Source of the DNA: Candidatus Aenigmatarchaeota archaeon
Lineage (GTDB): Archaea; Aenigmatarchaeota; Aenigmatarchaeia; CG10238-14; SCSR01
Reading direction: 5' to 3'
DNA length: 64,000 bases
NCBI GenBank assembly: GCA_016187415.1
Contig: JACPJT010000004.1
Location: 169,392 to 233,391 of the forward strand
Positions 47,425 through 57,008 of the stretch are shown piece after piece; position 1 is the first letter of the stretch, and each line of letters starts with the position of its first letter. The notes beneath the pieces were generated by a model. It did not search any database and was not told the origin of the DNA. It saw only the letters and a program-made list of their open reading frames with translations. The position numbers were made by a program, and so were the translations under genes.

Positions 47425-48786
47425 ATGGCACTGGACAAATTCTTCAACGCTAAAAGCATAGCAGTCATAGGCGTTTCCAGGGATCCGAACAAGGTGGGCC
47501 ATGTCATTTTCAGGAATTTCGTGGACGGCGAGTACAAGGGAAAGATATACGTTGTCAATCCGAATGCCGAAAGCATACTGAATCACAAGGCGTATCCGTC
47601 AGTTCTTGATATAGATGACGACATCGAGCTTGCCATAGTCGCCGTGCCTGCCGAAATTGTGCCGAAAGTCTTGGAGGAATGCGGCAAAAAGAAAATCCGC
47701 CATGTGATCATCGATACCGCTGGCTTCAAGGAAATTGGCAACTACCAGCTTGAAAGCAAACTGGAAAATGTCATCAAGAAATACAAATTAAAAGTGATCG
47801 GACCCAACGCATTGGGCGTGTATGACGCCTATTCGAAAATCGATTCGTTGTTCCTGCCGAGATTTAGGATGAGCAGGCCGAAAGAAGGAGTCATTTCATT
47901 TGTCTGCCAGTCGGGAGCGGTGGGCTCCTCCATAGTCGACTTGGCCACAGCCGAAGGATACGGCTTCGCGAAATTCATAAGCTACGGCAATGCGGTTGAT
48001 GTGGACGAGTCCGACCTGATTGAATACCTTGGCGATGACGAGAAGACGAGAGTCATCTGTGTTTATATAGAAGGCGTGAGAAACGGGAGAAAGTTCCTAG
48101 ACGTATGCAGGAAAGTATCCAAGAAGAAACCGATAATCGCGATAAAAGGCGGCGTGACGGAAGCCGGCGCAAAAGCAACTTTATCTCACACGGGCTCGCT
48201 GGCCGGCAGCGCTGAAATTTATTTCGGCGCCTTCAAGCAGGCCGGAATTCTAAGGGCTGAAAATCTGGAGGATTTGTTCAATTATGCCAAGATACTGGAG
48301 AAATGCATAGCGCCGAAAGGCGGGAAAATGCAGATAATAACAAACGGCGGAGGTTACGGCATACTGGCAACGGATGCCACCGCGAAAAACGGGATAAAAC
48401 TCGCGGAATTTTCAAAAGAAATAAAATCGGAACTGAGAAAGCAGCTTCCGCAGTTGATAAACATCGTCAATCCATTGGATCTTGTGGGCGACGCCACAAG
48501 CGGGAGATACAGGCTGTCCATAAATGCGTGCATGCGGGACAAAAATATCGATATACTGCTTGTGATTGTCCTTGTCCAGACCCCGTTGATAGCCACGGAT
48601 ATTGTAGATGTTATTACGGAAGCGAATGACTTGAAGAAAAAGCCCATCATAGTTGTTTCGGCTGGCGGCGAGTTTACAGAAATCATGCGAAGGAATCTGG
48701 AGAGCAATGGCATACCGACATACACCTATCCTGAAGACGCTGTTAGGGCTGTGCAGCAACTGGCGAAGTACTACAAAAATAAATAG
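47425..48786 (+). CDS. acdA: ADP-forming acetyl-CoA synthetase alpha subunit
   Basis: SIAVIGVS, IGPN, QSG, SHTGSLAG (phospho-His), TNGGG.G, NPLDLVGDA. Confidence 0.92.
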   Translation: MALDKFFNAKSIAVIGVSRDPNKVGHVIFRNFVDGEYKGKIYVVNPNAESILNHKAYPSVLDIDDDIELAIVAVPAEIVPKVLEECGKKKIRHVIIDTAGFKEIGNYQLESKLENVIKKYKLKVIGPNALGVYDAYSKIDSLFLPRFRMSRPKEGVISFVCQSGAVGSSIVDLATAEGYGFAKFISYGNAVDVDESDLIEYLGDDEKTRVICVYIEGVRNGRKFLDVCRKVSKKKPIIAIKGGVTEAGAKATLSHTGSLAGSAEIYFGAFKQAGILRAENLEDLFNYAKILEKCIAPKGGKMQIITNGGGYGILATDATAKNGIKLAEFSKEIKSELRKQLPQLINIVNPLDLVGDATSGRYRLSINACMRDKNIDILLVIVLVQTPLIATDIVDVITEANDLKKKPIIVVSAGGEFTEIMRRNLESNGIPTYTYPEDAVRAVQQLAKYYKNK

Positions 48787-48808
48787 ATTTGAGGTCAATT
48801 TTTTAGAA

Positions 48809-49093
48809 ATGACTGAATGGATTGTAAGCACTTATCCCTTGGATCGTGCCGTTCTAGACAGAATCGTATTCCTATACGAACTTGATTACAAGCCTTCTCT
48901 ACCATCTCTAATCATGAAAAATCTAAAAACGAATGACAACATCACGGGTCGGTTTAACGTTGGCACGCAGCCTATAAAAGCCAAAGATGTCATAGATAGT
49001 TTAAATCTTTTGCAACTATACGGATATGTCGAGAGAATCGGTCAATGTTACAAACCTACACCGCAAGCTCGCATATACCTACGAAGAAATTAA
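48809..49093 (+). CDS. Small hypothetical protein, possible winged helix
   Basis: ATG at 48809; DSLNLLQLYGYVE...YKPTPQA. Confidence 0.5.
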   Translation: MTEWIVSTYPLDRAVLDRIVFLYELDYKPSLPSLIMKNLKTNDNITGRFNVGTQPIKAKDVIDSLNLLQLYGYVERIGQCYKPTPQARIYLRRN

Positions 49094-49094
49094 T

Positions 49095-49913
49095 TTAATA
49101 CACAGTTTTTGGTGAGATATTATAATAAATAGATTTTGGATTATGCCCATAGCTACTTAATATATCTTCCAATTTCTTATTCTTTCTCGCTATGGAAAAT
49201 CCTATTTTATTTTTAAACATCTCTAAATTAATCTTACTACCTATTCTTAGTCTGAAACACACTGTGTGACCGGTAAACCCACCAATCTTTTTGTCTATGT
49301 TCTGAACTTTTATTCCCACTGCCTCTAACAGAACTTTAACTAAACGTATCAACTCTTCATCTGTATTAAAAAGAGCTACAAACCTGGTTGATGTTCTCGG
49401 GGTGTTTAAGTTAGATCCTGACACATTCCCTTCTGAATCAAACATACCTCGTAAAAAATTAACTTTTATTTCTTCATTGGCATTGACTAAATCAGATATA
49501 TCGAACTCTTTTAAAAATTCGGCAGCCCTTAAAGAGTAAAGTTGTACTGTGTACAAACCTTTGTTTTCATTAAAATCAAATTGAGCTTTTAATCCACTCC
49601 ATTTTTCTAATTGGTTGTGAAATGTTTGTGCAAAGTCTTTATCCTTCACTTCTAATCCTATCTGACCCTTTGTACCTTTTGCTTTGATACTGACATAACC
49701 ATCACCCATTAAAACACCTCTGATATATCCGAGTTCGGAGGAAAGTTTATTAAAATTGGATTTCAGAAAATGTCCTTTAGGGATTTTCCCTCTCTTAACC
49801 CAATCAATAATTGTACCTGGATAAGCAACGTTAAGTTTTTTTGATATTTCTTTGTAAGTAAATCCTTCCTTTCTTAATTCAAATGCTCTTTCATACTGTT
49901 CTTTTGTGTACAT
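49095..49913 (-). mobile_element. Free-standing LAGLIDADG homing endonuclease with N-terminal HTH
   Basis: YIRGVLMGDGYV and FLRGMFDSEGNV; likely start MYTKEQ; AT-rich. Confidence 0.85.
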
Positions 49914-49987
49914 TGTTAACTCGCTAATTTTACTTAAAATACCACAAGAATTATATATTAAATAAATTCCAAACATTAAGTGATTAT

Positions 49988-50251
49988 ATGGAAGAATTAT
50001 TATTCTTCACGGGAAGAGAATGTCCACATTGCAATGATATGAAACCTCTAGTTCAAAAACTAGAAAAGGAAGAGGGCGTGAGACTTAAAGAAATAGAGGT
50101 TTGGCACAACGCGGCAAATGCGAAAATGATGGAACAGTACGACAAGAACTACTGCGGTGGCGTCCCCTTCTTTATCAACACGAAAACTGGCAAGTGGATT
50201 TGCGGCTCGACCGATTACGAGAGTCTAAAGAAATGGGCTCTAGGAAAGTAA
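49988..50251 (+). CDS. Thioredoxin-family protein
   Basis: ECPHC, GVPFF. Confidence 0.88.
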   Translation: MEELLFFTGRECPHCNDMKPLVQKLEKEEGVRLKEIEVWHNAANAKMMEQYDKNYCGGVPFFINTKTGKWICGSTDYESLKKWALGK

Positions 50252-50253
50252 GT

Positions 50254-51153
50254 TCACTGCACTATTAGTCGAGATGATTCGACTGTTTTGATCGGCATAT
50301 GCTCTTCCAGAGGAAGTTCTTCTAGTTTAATCTCTTTTAATTTGTATCCAAAAATACTAGCAAACTTTTCTTTCATGGTTTTCCTAACATCACTCATTGG
50401 AAGTGATTTACCCGTTATCTTGGCTAGGGATGTTTCTTCTATGTCTAATCCGCAAGGATATATCAGTTCACTAAGCTCTAAAGAGTTGTTAACATTAAAA
50501 GCGAGCCCGTGCATTGTAATCAACATGCCATCATAAGATTTTGTTTCTACTCCAAGTGATCCTACTTTTCGCATTCCAGATGCGTCTTTATACCATACTC
50601 CAGGATGCCTAAGAACTCCGCTCGCTGGCAAACCTTTTACATCGGTCAATAATCCATTTACATCGGGTGTCCCAGTTATCGTAAAACTGCGAATTCTTTT
50701 CAGCATAATGTCAATTGTATTGTTTCTTACTAGATCTATGCCATATGTACTGGCTGTTTGTATCATCGTTTCTTCTAAAGCGCTAACGTACCTAGCTGCA
50801 AGTGTGACTCTCTCCGCTAGAGATAAAATATGCGCTCTATCGGTAGAATCGCGCAGATTTAAAATCGGGTAGGATACTAGTTGTCCTGGTTCATGATAGG
50901 TGATATATCCTCCTCTTCCAACATCATAAATTGGGGCTTTCTTTCCAAGTTCTTCTAATGAAACCTTAGCCATTCTTCTTTTGCGGTCTAGTGTATGTGC
51001 GTTCTTGCCGAAAGTAATTGATGACGGGTGCTCCAATAGTACAAGAGTATCTCCTATCGCATCAACTTGTCTTAGATACGACAACCTTTCTTGAAGCTTT
51101 AAAGCTTCGTAATAGTCTGTGAGACCAAGATCGAACACATAAGCTGTTTTCAT
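50254..51153 (-). CDS. lipB: Octanoyl/lipoyl transferase LipB with insertions
   Basis: LLEHPS..T.G, RGGYITYHEPGQLVSYPI, PGVW...RKVGSLG, MHGLAFNV, IYPCGL. Confidence 0.88.
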   Translation of the reverse strand: MKTAYVFDLGLTDYYEALKLQERLSYLRQVDAIGDTLVLLEHPSSITFGKNAHTLDRKRRMAKVSLEELGKKAPIYDVGRGGYITYHEPGQLVSYPILNLRDSTDRAHILSLAERVTLAARYVSALEETMIQTASTYGIDLVRNNTIDIMLKRIRSFTITGTPDVNGLLTDVKGLPASGVLRHPGVWYKDASGMRKVGSLGVETKSYDGMLITMHGLAFNVNNSLELSELIYPCGLDIEETSLAKITGKSLPMSDVRKTMKEKFASIFGYKLKEIKLEELPLEEHMPIKTVESSRLIVQ

Positions 51154-51191
51154 ATTTATATGACTCCATTTTATTTATTAAAAGATGTTAT

Positions 51192-52082
51192 ATGGCAATA
51201 GCAACGCGTGGAAAACCATCCTGGTTGAAAATCAAAATACCGGAAAAAACTCGACGCATATTAGAATTGCGCGAGATTTTAAGAGAGCATGGTATGGTAA
51301 CTGTTTGCGAAGAAGCGCATTGCCCTAATATTCCAGAATGTTGGAATGGTGGAACGGCAACTTTCATGGTTCTAGGCGACACTTGTACCAGAGGCTGTAG
51401 ATTTTGTAACGTGGCAAAATCAAGGAATCCTCTACCGGTGAATTCATGGGAACCGAAGATGCTTGCTATGGCTGTTAGAGAACTTAAGTTGGATTATGTT
51501 GTGATCACGTCAGTTGACAGAGACGATTTGCCGGATCAAGGCTCAGGACATTTCGCAGAATGCATACGTGCCGTAAAGGAGCAGGATCCCAATGTTATTG
51601 TCGAGGTTCTAATTCCTGATTTCCGTGGTGATATCGAATGTCTGAAGAAGGTTATTGGAGCCGAGCCGAACGTTATAGCTCATAATATAGAAACTATTCG
51701 TAGGCTTCAAAGTAAAATAAGGGATAGAAGAGCAGGATATGAACAATCGTTGCAAGTTTTGAGCAATGTAAAAAAAATGGATTCAAAAATATTTACGAAA
51801 TCTTCAATAATAGTTGGTTTCGGGGAAACTCAGGACGAAGTTGTTGGTGCTATGAAAGATTTGAGGGGCGTCAATGTAGATTTCCTTACAGTGGGGCAGT
51901 ATCTCAGACCGAGCTCAAAACACATAGAAGTTTCGGAATTCATACCACCAGAAAAGTTTGAATTTTATAAAAAATACGGGGAAAAATTAGGATTCAAGTA
52001 TGTCGCCTCTGGACCATTTGTCAGAACCTCTTATCGTGCAGGGGAGTTCTTCACAAAAAGTATTATACGGACTCAAATTTGA
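51192..52082 (+). CDS. lipA: Lipoyl synthase
   Basis: CEEAHCPNIPEC, CTRGCRFC, RTSY. Confidence 0.95.
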   Translation: MAIATRGKPSWLKIKIPEKTRRILELREILREHGMVTVCEEAHCPNIPECWNGGTATFMVLGDTCTRGCRFCNVAKSRNPLPVNSWEPKMLAMAVRELKLDYVVITSVDRDDLPDQGSGHFAECIRAVKEQDPNVIVEVLIPDFRGDIECLKKVIGAEPNVIAHNIETIRRLQSKIRDRRAGYEQSLQVLSNVKKMDSKIFTKSSIIVGFGETQDEVVGAMKDLRGVNVDFLTVGQYLRPSSKHIEVSEFIPPEKFEFYKKYGEKLGFKYVASGPFVRTSYRAGEFFTKSIIRTQI

Positions 52083-52121
52083 GAATGCTGATATTAAACA
52101 TGTGATAATGCGAGTTTATCA

Positions 52122-52898
52122 TTAGGCGATGTCTATTTCTTTGTAAATACTAATATCCTCTTCTTCTGCATTTTTCCACATATTTTCAAAGTATTTTCTA
52201 TAATCATCAGAGACATCTTCAGATTCTATAACAATTGCGAGAGGGTTTTCCACAGATTCGAGAATTATGGCAACCTTGTTTCCGTAAATCCATGTTGATG
52301 TCGGCGTGTAATATTCTTTAGGTATTTCTCTCACATGAAATAAATTTTTATAAATTTTCATGCCATAAATTCTAGGTGTGTTTAAGGCATCACCTCTGGC
52401 TTTTATCATTCTTGCAAAAAGTTTTTTTCGTATGCGCTCACGTATCCATTGTTGAAAATAATAACCAACAACCTTTGCTATATTTGAACTTATACCGAAT
52501 GCATCGTACATTTTATAATTGTTTATATCTCTTAAAACCGCCTTTATACCTTCCCTTCCTTTGAAGTGTTGAATTTCTTGCTTGGATTTTTTTTGATTAT
52601 AAATTGCTTCAAGTTCAGGAAGTATTTTGCTTAGTTCATTTTCTTTTTCTCTGAGAATGGCATGCAAATTCGTGGGCGGTGCACACTCAAAGTATTTCTT
52701 ATTCACGCGTAGAACACTGGCGACAAGACCCCTTTCCATTAACTTCTCTAAGGCATCGTAAACGTTTGCACGATGTATTTCACTTTTGCGCATAATTTCT
52801 GTGGCAGATGCAGAACCCAATTTGAGTAATGCTATATAAACCTTTATTTCATTCGTTGAAAGTCCCAAACTCTTTAACACTTCCATATCCATTCTCAT
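52122..52898 (-). CDS. TrmB-family transcriptional regulator
   Basis: LGLSTNEIKVYIALLKLGSASATEI...VYDALEKLMERGLV; divergent from the NAD operon. Confidence 0.88.
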   Translation of the reverse strand: MRMDMEVLKSLGLSTNEIKVYIALLKLGSASATEIMRKSEIHRANVYDALEKLMERGLVASVLRVNKKYFECAPPTNLHAILREKENELSKILPELEAIYNQKKSKQEIQHFKGREGIKAVLRDINNYKMYDAFGISSNIAKVVGYYFQQWIRERIRKKLFARMIKARGDALNTPRIYGMKIYKNLFHVREIPKEYYTPTSTWIYGNKVAIILESVENPLAIVIESEDVSDDYRKYFENMWKNAEEEDISIYKEIDIA

Positions 52899-53001
52899 AA
52901 TACAATGTGCAATTTAGATTATTTATATTTATAGTAGTGATAACTACAACAAAAGTTGAAGTACATTCGTATTCTTAAAATTTACATGAGGTGTAATATC
53001 C

Positions 53002-53649
53002 ATGAGAATATTTTACGATGTTGACAATCAAAATGATTTTATAAAAGGCAGTGGTGCACTACCTGTTCATGGTGCGGAAGCTCTAATACCTAATCTAGAA
53101 GCATTGACCCGCTATGCAGAGCGACATGGTATCCCTATTTTAGGTTCTGTTGATAGGCACTTCGGTACTAGGAGTTATAAAAATAAAGAGGAGGAGGAAT
53201 TGTCTATCTGGGGAGGACCATTTCAAAATCATTGCATGGATGGAACAGAAGGCCAGAAAAAGATTCCGGGAACATTGCTTAGAGATGTCGTTTACATAGG
53301 TAGTCCGAGAGGACTCCTATCCAGAAAATTGGATGCTCAACAGGTAATTTTTGAAAAACAATCATATGATGTTTTCCATTCGCCTGGAAATTTGGGGGGA
53401 AATAGAAACATAGCGAGAGCATTAAGGATGCTGGATGCCACAGAAGCTGTATTGTACGGTGTTGCCACAGACTACTGTGTCAAAGCTGCTGCACTAGGAA
53501 TGAGAAGATTACTGGGGAAAAAAATTGATTTGTATGTAGTTACGGACGCAATAAAACCTGTTAGCCCTGAAACGGAAAAAGAAGCCTTAAATGCAATGGG
53601 AAAAGTTAACGTTCAGTTTGTTACGGCTAAAGATGTTATAGGAAATTGA
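53002..53649 (+). CDS. pncA: Nicotinamidase (isochorismatase family)
   Basis: DVDNQNDF..GSGALPV, DRH, HC..GTEG, EK, GVATDYCV. Confidence 0.88.
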   Translation: MRIFYDVDNQNDFIKGSGALPVHGAEALIPNLEALTRYAERHGIPILGSVDRHFGTRSYKNKEEEELSIWGGPFQNHCMDGTEGQKKIPGTLLRDVVYIGSPRGLLSRKLDAQQVIFEKQSYDVFHSPGNLGGNRNIARALRMLDATEAVLYGVATDYCVKAAALGMRRLLGKKIDLYVVTDAIKPVSPETEKEALNAMGKVNVQFVTAKDVIGN

Positions 53650-53650
53650 A

Positions 53651-54553
53651 ATGAAACGGGGACTTTTTATTGGAAGATTTCAGCCCTTTCATTTGGGGCA
53701 TTTTTATGTAGTCAATGATATGGAGAAATCTGATGTAAACGAGCTCGTAATAGGTATTGGGAGTGCTCAAATAGGGTACACTGCGTATAATCCGTTTACA
53801 GCCGAAGAAAGAGGACAGATGATAAAGAGAAGTTTATCTTTAGAAATTCCGTATCACATTGCTAGGATAAATGACATAAACGATTACCCCAGATGGGTAA
53901 CGCATGTGAAATCATTAACACCAGAATTTCACGTTGTTTATTCAAGCAATGGTATTGTAAAGAGACTTTTTGAGGAATGTGGTTATGAAGTAAGACCAGT
54001 AACTCACGTATCCATGATTTCTGCAACTGAAATAAGGCAATTAATGGTAACGGGTGGCAATTGGCAGGATTACGTTCCACTAGGAACGCGGGATGTGATC
54101 TTCGAAGTTAACGGAATCGAAAGACTCAAGGAAATTACTGGGAAGTATATGAATCCTGCCGTTACTGCGGATATAATAATAAATTATAAGGGTAGAGGAA
54201 TTGTCCTCATTAGAAGACGACACGAACCTTTCAGAGGATACTGGGCACTTCCAGGTGGCTTTCTCAACACAGGACAAGAATCGCTTGAAACAACAGCTAG
54301 AAGAGAAGTGAAAGAGGAGACATCCTTAACAATAGAATGTTTGGAATTGGTGGGTGTTTATTCGAATCCTGAAAGAGATCCAAGAGGACCTGTTGTTTCT
54401 GTTGCTTATTCCACCGATGTTAATGAAGGTGAACCGAAAGCAGATGACGACGCAAGTGAAGTGGCCGTATTTGACAAAATACCTGAAAATCTTGCATTCG
54501 ACCATGGAAAGATGTTAAGTGATTATTTCAGACATAAGGAGAGAGCGAAATGA
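53651..54553 (+). CDS. nadM: Bifunctional NMN/NaMN adenylyltransferase + Nudix ADP-ribose pyrophosphatase
   Basis: GRFQPFHLGH, NPFTAEER, ISATEIR; Nudix box LPGG...ESLETTARREVKEETSL. Confidence 0.9.
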   Translation: MKRGLFIGRFQPFHLGHFYVVNDMEKSDVNELVIGIGSAQIGYTAYNPFTAEERGQMIKRSLSLEIPYHIARINDINDYPRWVTHVKSLTPEFHVVYSSNGIVKRLFEECGYEVRPVTHVSMISATEIRQLMVTGGNWQDYVPLGTRDVIFEVNGIERLKEITGKYMNPAVTADIIINYKGRGIVLIRRRHEPFRGYWALPGGFLNTGQESLETTARREVKEETSLTIECLELVGVYSNPERDPRGPVVSVAYSTDVNEGEPKADDDASEVAVFDKIPENLAFDHGKMLSDYFRHKERAK

Positions 54554-55455
54554 AAACTTCTGATATAGTTATTGTTCCAAAAATAAGCAAATATGAATTT
54601 GATATTCGCACATACGGGGCAACCCACGAAGAGATTGTTGCAAAGTATAGAAGGGAAGGAGTTGATGTGGAAGTTGTTCTGGAAAGCCATAAAAGACAGA
54701 AAGAATCGTTGGGAAGAATGAGAGGATACTTTGGTGATAACCAATTTATCTCTAGAGAGAAACTCGGAAAAGATATCGTAAGAAATACTAGATTTGTCGT
54801 TGCTCTAGGAGGAGACAACCACTTCCAATATGTTTCTCATTTTGTAGATTCGGCATTAATGATAGGGATTAATTCTGACCCCACAACAAGCGAAGGCGCG
54901 TTAACGTATTACCGAGCCGCAGATATCGAAGCTATACTTACGAGACTTGAGAATGGAGATTTTAATGTCGAAGAATGGACAAGATTAGAAGCTCGTGTAA
55001 ACGGCAACCTCGTTGCATTGGCCATGTGTGAATATTTTCTAGGCGAAGCACAAAGGAAGAACATGTCTAGGAATATAATAAAACTTGGTGATGTAAAAGA
55101 AGAACAAAAATGTTCTGGATTACTGGTAACTACTGGTGCCGGATCAACTGGATGGTATGATTCTGAATGCAAATATCTTTATCCTAAGGGAAACAGGTTT
55201 CCCAAAACAGAAAAAATAGCTAGATTTTTAGTTACAGCACCTTATACTGGAAAATTAAATCGTCCTACTGTGTTAGAAGGCGCCATAAGAGAAGGTGAAG
55301 AATTGACAATCCACTCTTTGAATGACAGCAACGGTGTAGTGACTAGCGATTCTTTGGAAGAATATGAATTCGGGAGAGGTGTACATGCAGTAATAAAAGT
55401 TTCCGATAATCCGTTAAAAGTCGTGAGAATCCACGGGTGTGAACATGGGAGATAG
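54550..55455 (+). CDS. NAD kinase-like protein (divergent)
   Basis: LGGDNHF, GINSDP, TGAGSTGW. Confidence 0.75.
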   Translation: MKTSDIVIVPKISKYEFDIRTYGATHEEIVAKYRREGVDVEVVLESHKRQKESLGRMRGYFGDNQFISREKLGKDIVRNTRFVVALGGDNHFQYVSHFVDSALMIGINSDPTTSEGALTYYRAADIEAILTRLENGDFNVEEWTRLEARVNGNLVALAMCEYFLGEAQRKNMSRNIIKLGDVKEEQKCSGLLVTTGAGSTGWYDSECKYLYPKGNRFPKTEKIARFLVTAPYTGKLNRPTVLEGAIREGEELTIHSLNDSNGVVTSDSLEEYEFGRGVHAVIKVSDNPLKVVRIHGCEHGR

Positions 55456-57007
55456 AAAACCGAATCTCTTGGGACTTAATCCTAATATATTAGCCGGTTT
55501 GAAGGACCATTATGAAACTACTATGCTTGATACAAATGTTGTGGCGGGCGTGGCTGGAAGAAAATCTGTCTTTAATGTTGCTGTAAGGGGATTAAGAAAT
55601 CATAAAGTCATAAAAGAGAAAACGATCGGAGATGAAAATGGCGAATGGCAAAGTTATTTGGCACAACCTGATAATTATTTGCTGAGTGCAGGGCTGGAAC
55701 AAATACTTGCCGCAATTCAAAATTGGAAGATGAATGATAGATTATTACAGTTATACAATGCTAAGGGAATATCCCCCGGGGCTGTAAAATACTTAAAAAA
55801 TAGAAGCCCTCAACTGACCATAAGTGCAATTCCTGAAGGTGTCCCTATTTTTGGGCACGAACCTGCATTGAGCGTCGAGGGCACTTTTGAAGAATGCCAG
55901 CTAATAGAGGGATTATTACTTGGGATATGGGGTTACCAGACTGCTGTTGCTACGCAAGCAAGTTATGTTAAAAATATATTACGCGAGTTTAACAGGCGTG
56001 ATATAATTACTCTTGAAGGTGGCCTTAGAAGAACTTACCCCGGTGCAGCACTTGCAGCAAGTAGGGCTGCATTAATAGGCGGATTTGATGGTACATCACT
56101 CGAACAAATAGGCGTGGAATATCCCGAACTTAGAGAAGGCGTTGGGGGAAGTTCTGGACATTCAGAGGTTCTCCATATAGGTAATGACGAGGGAGCATTT
56201 GAAATGCAACTGAGAGCTCATTATAGAATACGTGATGGTGACGATGAAGAAACCATAAGAAGAAAAATAGCCGGTTCGACCAGATCCATGCTGACTTTTT
56301 TGATTGATACGTTTGATTCCAATGAAGGTGTAGAAGCCGCTATTAGAGTGATGAATAAATATGGCATTCCGTGTCAGATTCGAAATGATAGTGGGAATCA
56401 GTCGGAAAGGGTACGCTATATCAGGACGCGGTTGGATGAAGAAAGATTGTATAAAGCCAAAATTATGATATCGGATGATTTGAGACCATGGATGATATAT
56501 GAACTGCTGGAACATGGTGCAAGGCTTGATTTAGTAATGATGGGGACCTATCTGGTTAATCCTTACAAGCTTCCAGGCGCTGTTTATAAAATTGCTGCCG
56601 ACCAAAGGGTGTTCGGAGATCCGCAACTAGAGCCTGTTTGCAAAGTTTCTTTCAACAATCCTGCAAAAGGTACGCTTCCTGGAAAATTGGATGTGTATAG
56701 AGTTATCGGTAAAGATGGTAAAGCAGATAGAGATGTTGTTATCGCAAGAGATTTAGAAAGTATTGACAGATATTTGAGAACTGATGATGAGGACCATATT
56801 AAACTCAATCAAACAGTAATGGTTGGTAGAGAGTTAAATTATGATATCCTTGACATGAATGGAGTTATAGCTAACGCTAGATATCATTTGGAACTATTGA
56901 GAGACGAACATAAGAAATTCAGAGATGCTAAACCTTATCCTGTCATAATTTCCGACGTTGTTCAACGGGTGAGAGACGAATTTGCTCAAAAATATCGAAG
57001 GTGTTGA
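55445..57007 (+). CDS. pncB: Nicotinate phosphoribosyltransferase
   Basis: DHYETTM, PEG..IF.HEP, GGLRR, GFDGTS, GH, LIDTFD, RNDSG, GAVYK, KGTLPGK. Confidence 0.88.
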   Translation: MGDRKPNLLGLNPNILAGLKDHYETTMLDTNVVAGVAGRKSVFNVAVRGLRNHKVIKEKTIGDENGEWQSYLAQPDNYLLSAGLEQILAAIQNWKMNDRLLQLYNAKGISPGAVKYLKNRSPQLTISAIPEGVPIFGHEPALSVEGTFEECQLIEGLLLGIWGYQTAVATQASYVKNILREFNRRDIITLEGGLRRTYPGAALAASRAALIGGFDGTSLEQIGVEYPELREGVGGSSGHSEVLHIGNDEGAFEMQLRAHYRIRDGDDEETIRRKIAGSTRSMLTFLIDTFDSNEGVEAAIRVMNKYGIPCQIRNDSGNQSERVRYIRTRLDEERLYKAKIMISDDLRPWMIYELLEHGARLDLVMMGTYLVNPYKLPGAVYKIAADQRVFGDPQLEPVCKVSFNNPAKGTLPGKLDVYRVIGKDGKADRDVVIARDLESIDRYLRTDDEDHIKLNQTVMVGRELNYDILDMNGVIANARYHLELLRDEHKKFRDAKPYPVIISDVVQRVRDEFAQKYRRC

Positions 57008-57008
57008 A

